A stretch of DNA of 64,000 bases from Bacteroidales bacterium (GTDB taxonomy: Bacteria; Bacteroidota; Bacteroidia; Bacteroidales; VadinHA17), in contig JANTGF010000008.1 in NCBI GenBank assembly GCA_024763075.1, positions 15,531-79,530 of the forward strand, given 5' to 3'. The position numbers and the translations under genes were made by a program. The notes under the pieces were generated by a model. The model was not told where the DNA came from and did not search any database. It saw only the letters and a program-made list of their open reading frames with translations. Of the stretch, positions 29,393 to 38,606 are shown piece after piece (position 1 is the stretch's first letter; each line of letters opens with the position of its first letter).

Positions 29393-30187
29393 ATGCGATA
29401 TCTCAATAAAATAGTATGGATTGCAGGAGCTTCCTCGGGTATAGGGGAAAGTCTGGTTTATGCTTTTATCCAGGAAGGAGCAACAGTTATTGCATCTGCC
29501 CCTTTTGAGGATCAGTTAAATCAGGTAAGAGAAAAATGTGGCGATAAGATGGAATATTGTAAGGTATTGCCTCTGGATATGCTTGAACCAGACAATTTCC
29601 AGGAACTAGCTGAGAAAGTGATCCGGGAAAACAAAAGAATTGACATACTCATTCATGTGGCAGGTATCAGCCAGCGGGCATTGGTTCAGGAAACTGAAAT
29701 GGAAACTGTCCGGAAAATTATGGAGATCAACTTTTTTGGAGCAGTTGCACTCGCAAAAGCTGTTCTACCCATAATGCTATCACAGGGTGGTGGCCAGATT
29801 GCAGCGGTTAGCAGCATCGTAGGAAAATTTGGGTTTCCGCTCCGGTCTGTCTATTCAGCCTCCAAACATGCAATGCATGGTTTTTTCGAATCCCTTCAGG
29901 CCGAAAATCTTAATAATAGCATTGATGTAACGATGATCATCCCCGGCAGGGTAAATACAGAAATTTCATTCAATGCTGTTACAGGTGATGGAAAAACATG
30001 GGGCAAAAAGGACCCGGGCCAGGAAGGGGGCATTTCTACTGAAAAAGCATCCAGAATTATTTTGAATGCTCTTTATAAGAAGAAAAAGGAAGTATTGGTT
30101 GGAGGCCGGGAGCTTGCAATGGTTTACATAAAAAGGTTTTTCCCGGGTTTATTCTGGAAAATGGTAAACAACATTAAACCAACCTGA
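29393..30187 (+). CDS. Short-chain dehydrogenase/reductase (SDR)
   Basis: IAGASSGIG cofactor motif and YSASKHA catalytic YxxxK. Confidence 0.85.
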   Translation: MRYLNKIVWIAGASSGIGESLVYAFIQEGATVIASAPFEDQLNQVREKCGDKMEYCKVLPLDMLEPDNFQELAEKVIRENKRIDILIHVAGISQRALVQETEMETVRKIMEINFFGAVALAKAVLPIMLSQGGGQIAAVSSIVGKFGFPLRSVYSASKHAMHGFFESLQAENLNNSIDVTMIIPGRVNTEISFNAVTGDGKTWGKKDPGQEGGISTEKASRIILNALYKKKKEVLVGGRELAMVYIKRFFPGLFWKMVNNIKPT

Positions 30188-30234
30188 AAAATTTGAAAAA
30201 TAATTTTTAATTTTGATAAAAAACAAATTAAAAA

Positions 30235-31314
30235 ATGAAAAAGGTAGTAATTAGTGGAATCCAACAGATTGGCATAGGAGTGGCTGATCTGAGGGATGCC
30301 TGGAAATGGTACAGAGAAAATTTCGGCGTAAATATCCGGGTGTTTGAGGAGAAAGCTTCAGCTGGCCTTATGAAAAACTATACCGGAGGAGAAGTCCGAA
30401 GCCGACATGCAGCAATGGCTCTGAATCTTCGGGGAGGAGGTGGAGGATTTGAAATCTGGCAATATACCGACCGGGTACCTAAATCACCTAAATTTGATAT
30501 TAACCTGGGTGATCTTGGCATTTTTGCCGTAAAAATTAAGAGTAAGAATGTTTCTGCTGCATGGGAAAAATTCAGGGAAAGAAAATTGGATCTCCTTACG
30601 GATGTTAGAAAAGATCCGGACGGAGTGGAACATTTCTTCATAAAAGATCCTTTTGAAAATGTTTTTCAGGTTGTTAGCAGTAAATCTTTTTTCGGAAAGC
30701 GAAAATCATTGACAGGTGCAGCTTATGGAGCCGTAATTGGGGTAACAGATATGGATAAGGCCATGAAGTTCTACAATAATGTTTTGGGTTATGATCACAT
30801 CATATATAATGAAACCGGCCGGTTTGATGATTTTAAGAGTGTACCCGGAGGAGATAAAGAGATGAGGAGGGTTTTGTTGCACCATAGCGCTGAAAGGAAA
30901 GGGGGATTCAGCCGTATTTTTGGTGAAAGTTATATTGAATTGGTTTCTGTCCCATCCGAAAAACCCAGAAGAATATTTAAGGACAGGTACTGGGGGGACC
31001 TCGGTTTTATTCATCTTTGCTATGATATTCGTGGAATGAAAGAAATGAAAGAGCTTTGTGAGGGCGAAGGGCATCCTTTTACTGTAGATAGTTTAAGTGG
31101 TCATGATCAGGATGTTTTTGATATGGGAGAAGCTGCCGGTCATTTTGCCTATGTTGAAGATCCGGACGGAACACTAATTGAATTCGTTGAAGCACATAAA
31201 CTTCCAATCGTAAAAAAGTTGGGTATTAGCCTGAACATGATGAAAAGAGATCCAGAAAAAGCATTACCCAACTGGCTTATTAAGGCAATGAGATTTAATA
31301 AGGTAAGGAAATAA
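30235..31314 (+). CDS. VOC (glyoxalase/bleomycin-resistance/dioxygenase) superfamily protein, two-module
   Basis: Two copies of the beta-alpha-beta-beta-beta module pattern (QIGIGVADL...W.WY; VIGVTDMDKAM.FY) ending in DPDGTLIEF. Confidence 0.65.
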   Translation: MKKVVISGIQQIGIGVADLRDAWKWYRENFGVNIRVFEEKASAGLMKNYTGGEVRSRHAAMALNLRGGGGGFEIWQYTDRVPKSPKFDINLGDLGIFAVKIKSKNVSAAWEKFRERKLDLLTDVRKDPDGVEHFFIKDPFENVFQVVSSKSFFGKRKSLTGAAYGAVIGVTDMDKAMKFYNNVLGYDHIIYNETGRFDDFKSVPGGDKEMRRVLLHHSAERKGGFSRIFGESYIELVSVPSEKPRRIFKDRYWGDLGFIHLCYDIRGMKEMKELCEGEGHPFTVDSLSGHDQDVFDMGEAAGHFAYVEDPDGTLIEFVEAHKLPIVKKLGISLNMMKRDPEKALPNWLIKAMRFNKVRK

Positions 31315-31326
31315 AAAGAAAAAAGA

Positions 31327-31965
31327 TCAGAAGGTAAAGCCAATCCGCATGATTGGGTTCGAATAAATGGAGTTTAAACTTTCATTCAGGTTCCACAGAA
31401 TAGAAAAATATATTCCTGCTCTCGGACCCAATGGTTGTCTGATACCTCCTCCAACCAGGAAATTGTTTAACCAGAATCTCTCCTGATCCGGATAAATACC
31501 GGCATAGTCGAAATATTGACTCTCTAGACTCAATCCTTCATATTCTCCATAGATAAAAATACTCATACTGATTCCTGCGGGAATGAGTTTGTTCAGGTCC
31601 TGTATTACATTAAACTGCGAAAAAACCTTAAAACCATAAATGTGCGTATCATAATTATAATACCTGTCACTGTAATACTGATACTTGATCCCGGTTCCGA
31701 ATGAAAATCTGGGTGTCAGTTGATACCCTACAATAGGCGCCAGTTCTATGTCCGTGACAGTACCAAAACGCATGGCAAAATATCCTCCAAAAAACAATTT
31801 CTGCCGTACGGGAGCCTTTCTGTATTTTTTAGGAGCTGTTAAGCTTTTCCCAACAGTATCCACACTTTCCAGGTAATCCGGCTGATTTTGAGAAAAACCA
31901 TTCAGACTTAAAGCAATAAAGAAAAAGGAAATTATAAAAAACTTAAACTTATAAATATATTTCAT
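31327..31965 (-). CDS. Small outer-membrane beta-barrel protein, unknown function
   Basis: Signal peptide, alternating aromatic/glycine beta-strand pattern, C-terminal ...RIGFTF. Confidence 0.5.
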   Translation of the reverse strand: MKYIYKFKFFIISFFFIALSLNGFSQNQPDYLESVDTVGKSLTAPKKYRKAPVRQKLFFGGYFAMRFGTVTDIELAPIVGYQLTPRFSFGTGIKYQYYSDRYYNYDTHIYGFKVFSQFNVIQDLNKLIPAGISMSIFIYGEYEGLSLESQYFDYAGIYPDQERFWLNNFLVGGGIRQPLGPRAGIYFSILWNLNESLNSIYSNPIMRIGFTF

Positions 31966-32173
31966 TTTTATCTTTTATGGAAGTTTCATAAAAGCACTAT
32001 GCAATAACCATGCAAAAGTAATATAAAATCATGAAATTTTTATAAATAGCATAAATTGCCTGCCAATTTGAATTGAAATTTTCCATTAAAATACTAACTT
32101 CATGCCTTGTAAAAAGACAAAAAAACAAAAAAGTGAATCAATTAAGCCAAAATTACAGCTTATTTTATTTATT

Positions 32174-32884
32174 ATGAATATATTTATAACAGGAGCAAGC
32201 CAGGGGATCGGCAGGGAACTAGTAAAAAAACTTGCCAAAGAAAACCACCGTATAATCGCTCTGTCCAGGAATGAAGAAAAACTGGAATCTCTGGTCAGGG
32301 ATTGTAAGGCTTTAAATAAAGTCTCAAAGCTTGAAACCATTCCTTTTGATCTTAGAGATTTAAAATCAAATACTCATTTCATAGTTCAAAGAACAGAGGA
32401 AACTTTTTCAAATCTTGATATTCTGATCAACAATGCCGGTTTCCTTACAACCGAACCCTTCTCTCAAATTTCTGATGAAATCCTGTCGAAAACAATGGAA
32501 ATCAATTTTTTTGCTCCTTTCATTTTAATTCAGCAACTACTGCCATTATTGAGAAAAAGCAAAAATGCGCACATTGTAAATATCGGAAGCATGGGAGGAA
32601 TAAACGGAAGTTCAAAATTCTCCGGTTTATCTGCTTACAGCTCATCCAAAGGGGCACTGGCAATTCTTTCTGAATGTCTGGCAGAAGAACTAGAAGAAGA
32701 TCAAATAAGCTGTAATTACCTGGCCCTGGGAGCTGTGCAAACGGAAATGTTAAGTAATGCTTTTCCCGGTTATGAAGCTCCTTTAAATCCGAAAGAAATG
32801 GCCGAATTTATAGCTGATTTTGCTTTAAATGGAAACCGGTATTTTAACGGTAAAATCCTTCCGGTTTCGGTAAGTACTCCATAA
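32174..32884 (+). CDS. Short-chain dehydrogenase/reductase (SDR)
   Basis: MNIFITGASQGIG, NNAG, YSSSKGA. Start set to ATG 32174 instead of the extended 32102. Confidence 0.85.
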   Translation: MNIFITGASQGIGRELVKKLAKENHRIIALSRNEEKLESLVRDCKALNKVSKLETIPFDLRDLKSNTHFIVQRTEETFSNLDILINNAGFLTTEPFSQISDEILSKTMEINFFAPFILIQQLLPLLRKSKNAHIVNIGSMGGINGSSKFSGLSAYSSSKGALAILSECLAEELEEDQISCNYLALGAVQTEMLSNAFPGYEAPLNPKEMAEFIADFALNGNRYFNGKILPVSVSTP

Positions 32885-33203
32885 AAAATTGTATTCAATA
32901 TATGTGCTGGATTAATAAAAAAAATAATTCAAAAAAGGACTTTTTAATAAGAAAAGCTTATGGTATTACGGGTTACATAGAGCACAGTAATTAATCATTA
33001 GAAATAATGTAATTCGTGATACAGGAAAAGGAGCACAGAAAGCAGGGATTTTTTAGATAAAAATGTTCCTGATGTGGTAATAGAGGGAAAAAATGAATGG
33101 ACATGCAAAAAACAATACGATTAAACAAAAGTAATTGATAATTTCACATTGAATCTGATACAAAGTAAATAGCTTATTTTAACAAATTTATAATTTAAAT
33201 ATC

Positions 33204-35879
33204 ATGAGTAAAAAAAATGCGATTGTTTTGTTTTTTTTAGTTTTTGGATTGATCAGTATTAACCTAAAAGCTCAGAGTCTTCACAAGTTCAAGTATGAAG
33301 GAGGTGAAATTCATCCACTTACCAATATAGTCAGGACGGAACTCCAATTTAATGGCTATACAAATTACTGGCATGATACTTACACAAACTGGTATCGATA
33401 CGGAAATCTTTTCAAGATGGCGATACCTGACGTGAGTAAAAGTATTTTACAAAGTAAGGTTGATGCTGCAGAAGATATGGGAGTTCCGGGATTATTAATG
33501 CAGGAAGGTTTCCTTTCCGGACTGCTATCCGATAATTATAAAACTCTTAATCAGCCTGGTATTGATGAAGTGGAACAGATTCTGAGCAAAGAGAATGTTC
33601 TTATTTATGTTAATTCAGACTCAGAACTGGGTAAAAAAGTAAATGCACAAATTCCAACTGATTTTGACTGGCCTGAAAAACTTGGAAGCCATCAATATGG
33701 TGCCATTGACCTGAAAAGAGCAGATGCATTTATTCTTGAAAACAATGAACGGAAAATATTCATTGTCAGCTCAGAAGACGGGAATACTCTTGAAAAAACC
33801 AAACAACTTATAAACAACACACTTGATGTGGTCAGCAAATACGATCTGCACAAGGGTTGGTTCGGGGCTTATACTTTGTTAAACAGTGTAACCTGTACAC
33901 AAGGTCACCCTCTTGAGGTTATTGGTACAGGAATGAATGAAGGATGCAGTTGGTTTGTATTTGAGGGATATATGGATTTTTTATCGAAAAATGAAATTGA
34001 GAACTGGGTAAGTGAAATAAATTCGCCGGTTGTTACAGACTTTGGAGCTACTAAAGTTTTTGGGTGCAAAGATTACGATGGGTTCCAGATTCAGCAAATG
34101 TACAATGAGCAGGACTGGCACAATTTTGCTAAAGAAAAAGGGGGATATATTTTCAGGCAAGTGATGGATACTGTTGCCGACAAATATAAGTATGACGGAT
34201 ATTTTGCTAATGAAGGGAACAAGGAACAGATTGATAATGAGGATGTACCATTTATACTTAAAACAGGGAAACTGGATGATAATGCCACTTCAAGCATGGT
34301 TCTATTCCTTGAGAAAGGAAAAGAATTAACACGTAAATCAATGTGGGAAGCAATTCTTAACCGCCATGAAGTGGGTGTCCTGGCTCTGGGGAAAATGATG
34401 GGGCCGGCAAAGTTCCGAAATGCACTGGAATTATTGCTTCTCGATAGAGTTTATCTTGAAAATTACTTTAATGATATTATTAGTATTGAGGCAAAAACCG
34501 ATGATTACGATTTGCAGATAGCAGTTACAAATAATTCTCAAAAATCAGTTTCAGGCAAATTGGAATTAACTCTTCCAAAATCATTAAAAGTAAAAAGCAG
34601 CTCTCCGGTGAGTATTCAACTAACAGCCGAAAGCACTAAAACTCTTCATTTCAATTTACAGCCAACTGTAGATGCAATGGGAAATACAAACCCGATTGCT
34701 ATTCATTACATTTGGAACGGAAAGGAAAAAAGTACACTTTCAATGCTTGATTTACCACCTGTAATTTCCGTTTACCGCTTGCTTTACGGTCATGTTCCGG
34801 AAGTTAAATTTCCGGTTTCTATTCATAATTACACGACTAAAACGTCATTCCCGGTAAAAGTTGAAGTTATCAATGATCATAACAAAACTGTTTATAAAGA
34901 AACACAAACCTGCAATACCAAACAGGGGACATATAATGAAATGGAGTTTGACCTTAATGTTAAGGCAGGCAATTACAATGTAAAAATTTCTGCTCTTGGT
35001 ACGGAATACCTTTCTCAACTCGGAGTTGGCAAAGCAAAAGGGGCTCCTTACGTTTATGAAACGGACTTAAATAACGACGGCATAAACGAGTACCGCATGG
35101 AAAACGACAGTGTGCAAATTACCTTACTGACCACAGGTGCCAGGGTTATTGAATATATTGTTAAAAGCCGTAATGACAATGTTCTTTTTAAGTTATGGCC
35201 TAAAAAAGCAATTGACGACCGACGACCATTCCGTAAAAAAGGATATTATCCCTATGGTGGATTTGAGGATTTTCTGGGTCAGGCAAGCATGGAAACTCAC
35301 CAGGTTTACCATGCAAAAATTATAAAGGAAAAAGGAGATTATGTACGGGTTAAAATGTGGACTGACTATTTTGGAAATCGTCTGGAGAAAACATTCACCC
35401 TTTATGGAAACTCACCATTGCTGGAAGTTCGTTTTGCTCTCAATTTTAAAAACCCTGAAGCCAACATGATTGGACCACAGCCAATTTTGGAACTTGGCAA
35501 AAAACACTGGACCGAAGATAAATTTATTATCCCTGCAAAAGGTGGTTTACATGAGGCACACATGAATCCGGACAGGTATTACGGTGAAGCCTTTCTGAAT
35601 ATAACAGAGGGATGGAACGCCGGATACGACACAAAAGAAGACATTACTTTTGTGGGAGCTTTCCCGGTTGACCAACCTTTGTTTCTTCACATGTGGCAAA
35701 ACCATCCAAGCAATCACGATGCACATCATTATTATGCTGAGTTTCAGCCCTGGGTTCCGATTATTCAAAAAAATACAATGTATTTTACCTATTACTTATG
35801 GGGAGCCGGCGGTCCATGGGAAAACGGTGTTGCCAGGTTAAGAGAGATGAATTTAATTACAATACGTAAAAAGAGATAG
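33204..35879 (+). CDS. Large secreted protein, unrecognised family (PUL paralogue A): N-terminal ~430 aa unknown domain, two beta-sandwich modules, C-terminal mutarotase-like domain
   Basis: 891 aa with an SPI-type signal peptide (no lipobox Cys). Middle region SVSGKLELTLPKSLKV...TKTLHFNLQP looks like a NEW3/CARDB-type beta-sandwich. The C-terminal END..V.ITLLTTGARVIEYIVK pattern resembles aldose-epimerase/DUF4380-like domains. No GH/PL catalytic motif recognised. Confidence 0.8.
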   Translation: MSKKNAIVLFFLVFGLISINLKAQSLHKFKYEGGEIHPLTNIVRTELQFNGYTNYWHDTYTNWYRYGNLFKMAIPDVSKSILQSKVDAAEDMGVPGLLMQEGFLSGLLSDNYKTLNQPGIDEVEQILSKENVLIYVNSDSELGKKVNAQIPTDFDWPEKLGSHQYGAIDLKRADAFILENNERKIFIVSSEDGNTLEKTKQLINNTLDVVSKYDLHKGWFGAYTLLNSVTCTQGHPLEVIGTGMNEGCSWFVFEGYMDFLSKNEIENWVSEINSPVVTDFGATKVFGCKDYDGFQIQQMYNEQDWHNFAKEKGGYIFRQVMDTVADKYKYDGYFANEGNKEQIDNEDVPFILKTGKLDDNATSSMVLFLEKGKELTRKSMWEAILNRHEVGVLALGKMMGPAKFRNALELLLLDRVYLENYFNDIISIEAKTDDYDLQIAVTNNSQKSVSGKLELTLPKSLKVKSSSPVSIQLTAESTKTLHFNLQPTVDAMGNTNPIAIHYIWNGKEKSTLSMLDLPPVISVYRLLYGHVPEVKFPVSIHNYTTKTSFPVKVEVINDHNKTVYKETQTCNTKQGTYNEMEFDLNVKAGNYNVKISALGTEYLSQLGVGKAKGAPYVYETDLNNDGINEYRMENDSVQITLLTTGARVIEYIVKSRNDNVLFKLWPKKAIDDRRPFRKKGYYPYGGFEDFLGQASMETHQVYHAKIIKEKGDYVRVKMWTDYFGNRLEKTFTLYGNSPLLEVRFALNFKNPEANMIGPQPILELGKKHWTEDKFIIPAKGGLHEAHMNPDRYYGEAFLNITEGWNAGYDTKEDITFVGAFPVDQPLFLHMWQNHPSNHDAHHYYAEFQPWVPIIQKNTMYFTYYLWGAGGPWENGVARLREMNLITIRKKR

Positions 35880-35887
35880 CTAAGCTG

Positions 35888-38560
35888 ATGAGAATAAAAG
35901 TTTTATCAGGTATTCTAGTTTTGTTTTTATTACTAACTGCAATGAATACCCTGGCTCAAAAACTTGATGATTTTAAATACACCGGAAACAAAAATTCATC
36001 AGGAACTTACCCTGTAAAATCCGAATTTCTGTTTAACGGTTATACCAATTACTGGCACGATGATTACACCAACTGGTTCCGTTACGGAAACCTGTTTAAA
36101 ATTGCTACCGGTAATGTTGAAAAAAACATTCTGCAAAGTAAAGTGGATGTTGCTGAAGATATGGGATTACCCGGATTGTTGATGCAGGAGAGTTTTGTTG
36201 ATAATTTATTTTCATCAGCTTATAAAGTATTGAAACAACCTGATAAAACAGATTTGGAGAATTCGGCCAGCAATGGAAACGTACTCGTTTTCATTGACCC
36301 TAAGACTGATCTGGGTAAAGAATTAATTGCAGAATATTCTAAATATAGTGATTGGCCATATAAACTAAAAAGTCATCAATATGGTACCCCGGACTTGAAA
36401 AGAATTAATGCTTTTATCCTTCATAATGGGGATAGTAAAATATTTGTTGTTAGTTCCACAGATAGCAAAAGTCTGGATAAGTTTAAAAATCTAATCAATA
36501 ATACTAAAAATATTATTGAAAAATATGATTTTCATAGGGGTTGGTTTGGTGTAAAATCTATGCTTAAAAGTGTAACAATCGCAGATGGACATCCACTGGA
36601 ATTAATAGGCAAAGGGATGAATGAAGGAAACTCATGGTTTGTTTTTAGTGGTTACATGGATATTTATGCGAAAAACGAATTAACCAAATGGATGAAAGAA
36701 GTAAACCTTCCCATTGTTACCGATGTGGGCTTTCCTCCGGTTTTTGGATGCAAAGACTACGATGGATTTCAAGATCGTCTTATGACATCCAGAGAGTTAT
36801 GGGCTGACTTTGCTGGCAAGAAAAATGGATATATATTTCGAAAAGTTTCAGATTCTTCAAATGACTTTTATCGTTATGATGGATATTTCGCAACTGAAGG
36901 GAACAAGGAACAAATAGATAATGATAAAATACCATTTGTATTGGAAACAGGGTACCTGAAAGATAACCTGACATCATGCATGGTTTTATTCCTTAAAAAA
37001 GGCGAACCTTTAAACCGGGAATCTATGTGGCAGGCAATTTTCGACCGCCGGGAAGTAGGTGTTTTGGAAAAAGGTAAAATGATGGGACCGGTAAATTATC
37101 GCAATGCATTGGAAATGCTGATTCTCGATAGAGTTTTTCTTGAAAACTATTTCAACGACAAGCTAAATATTGAAGCAAAAACCGATGGGTATGACTTGCA
37201 GGTTAGTTTAACAAATTATTCTAATCATTCAGTATCCGGCATTCTTGAATTAACTCTCCCAAAATCATTAAAAGTGAAAGAGAGCACATCTCTTTCCATA
37301 AAACTACCATCCGGGAGTTTGCTAACAGAACATTTTACCATTCAGCCCGATATTGATGCAATGGCTGGTACCAATCCGGTCGCTGTTCATTATAAATGGA
37401 ACGGCAAACAAAAAAGTACGCTTGCAATGCTCGACATGCCACCTGCAATTTCGGTTCATCGTCTTTTATACGGACATGCACCCAGAGTAAGTTATCCGGT
37501 TACTATCCATAATTTCACAAACAAATCATCTTTCCCGGTAGACATTCAGGTTATTGATGCCGTGGATGAAACTAAAATTATTTATAAAACCAGTCAAACC
37601 TGTAGTACTAAAACAGGCACTTTTAAAGACATGTTATTCACACTGAAGGTTCCCGCCGGAAACTACAAGGTAAAAGTTTCAGCCCTTGGCACCAATTACA
37701 AATCTCAATTAGGTATTGGCAAAGCCAAAGGAACTCCAACAGTCAAAGAAATTGATTTAAACAGTGATGGTATTAACGAGTATCAATTGGAAAATGACAG
37801 TGTACAGGTTACACTATTGACAACCGGTGCAAGGATCATTGAATATATTGTTAAGAGCAGAAACGATAATGTATTATTCAAATTATGGCCAAAAAAAGTA
37901 ATTGACGACAAACGTCCTTTCAGGGAAAGAGGATTTTATCCTTATGGTGGATTTGAAGATTTTCTGGGTCAGGGAAGTATGGAAAACCATCAGGTTTATA
38001 ATGCAGAAATCGTTAAATCAAACAGGGATTATGTGAGAGTGAGAATGTGGACAGATTATTTCGGTAACAAACTGGAGAAAACTTTTACGCTTTACGGAAA
38101 TTCTCCATTGCTGGAAATACGGTATGCTTTGACCTTTAAAAATCCCGAAGCAAATATTATAGGACCTCAACCTATGCTTTCTCTTGGTGAAAGGCACTGG
38201 ACAGAAGATATATTTACTATTCCGGAAATGGATGGAATACACGAATACAGAATGAAACCTCATAGATATGGTATGATATTTCAGTTAAAAGAAGGATGGA
38301 ATGCAGGTTACGATACGAAACAGGATATTTCTTATGTGGGTGCTTACCCGGTTGATCAGCCACTGTTTTTACATATGTTTCTGAATGAACCGGGGAATCA
38401 TGATTCACATTATTTTTATGGCGAATTTCAGCCCTGGGTGCCTATAATTCTTAAAAGCACTTTGTATTTTACATATTACATGTGGGGAACAGGAGGAACC
38501 TGGGAAAAGGGTGTAAAAGCATTAAGACGAAAGAATCTTATAACCACAAGACAAAAATAA
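35888..38560 (+). CDS. Large secreted protein, unrecognised family (PUL paralogue B)
   Basis: 890 aa, colinear with 33204-35879 along its whole length (e.g. FNGYTNYWHD.YTNW.RYGNLFK, GKMMGP..(F/Y)RNALE, LWPKK.IDD.RPFR..G.YPYGGFEDFLGQ). Starts 8 nt after paralogue A ends. Confidence 0.8.
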   Translation: MRIKVLSGILVLFLLLTAMNTLAQKLDDFKYTGNKNSSGTYPVKSEFLFNGYTNYWHDDYTNWFRYGNLFKIATGNVEKNILQSKVDVAEDMGLPGLLMQESFVDNLFSSAYKVLKQPDKTDLENSASNGNVLVFIDPKTDLGKELIAEYSKYSDWPYKLKSHQYGTPDLKRINAFILHNGDSKIFVVSSTDSKSLDKFKNLINNTKNIIEKYDFHRGWFGVKSMLKSVTIADGHPLELIGKGMNEGNSWFVFSGYMDIYAKNELTKWMKEVNLPIVTDVGFPPVFGCKDYDGFQDRLMTSRELWADFAGKKNGYIFRKVSDSSNDFYRYDGYFATEGNKEQIDNDKIPFVLETGYLKDNLTSCMVLFLKKGEPLNRESMWQAIFDRREVGVLEKGKMMGPVNYRNALEMLILDRVFLENYFNDKLNIEAKTDGYDLQVSLTNYSNHSVSGILELTLPKSLKVKESTSLSIKLPSGSLLTEHFTIQPDIDAMAGTNPVAVHYKWNGKQKSTLAMLDMPPAISVHRLLYGHAPRVSYPVTIHNFTNKSSFPVDIQVIDAVDETKIIYKTSQTCSTKTGTFKDMLFTLKVPAGNYKVKVSALGTNYKSQLGIGKAKGTPTVKEIDLNSDGINEYQLENDSVQVTLLTTGARIIEYIVKSRNDNVLFKLWPKKVIDDKRPFRERGFYPYGGFEDFLGQGSMENHQVYNAEIVKSNRDYVRVRMWTDYFGNKLEKTFTLYGNSPLLEIRYALTFKNPEANIIGPQPMLSLGERHWTEDIFTIPEMDGIHEYRMKPHRYGMIFQLKEGWNAGYDTKQDISYVGAYPVDQPLFLHMFLNEPGNHDSHYFYGEFQPWVPIILKSTLYFTYYMWGTGGTWEKGVKALRRKNLITTRQK

Positions 38561-38606
38561 TTCAGAACATAATTCTTATTTACAAATCTTTAAATTTATC
38601 CTTATT

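Noticed and set aside
29169-29414. 81-aa ORF in the OYE-SDR intergenic region
   Set aside because: It has an unconvincing start (the ORF-track coordinate falls on a TTG, not an ATG), a hydrophobic/Cys-rich composition, overlaps the SDR start and matches no recognisable family. It is probably promoter DNA.
32102-32173. 24-aa Lys-rich extension of the second SDR
   Set aside because: SDRs start immediately before the TGxxxGxG strand. ATG 32174 (MNIFITGASQGIG) fits, whereas the extension is low-complexity.
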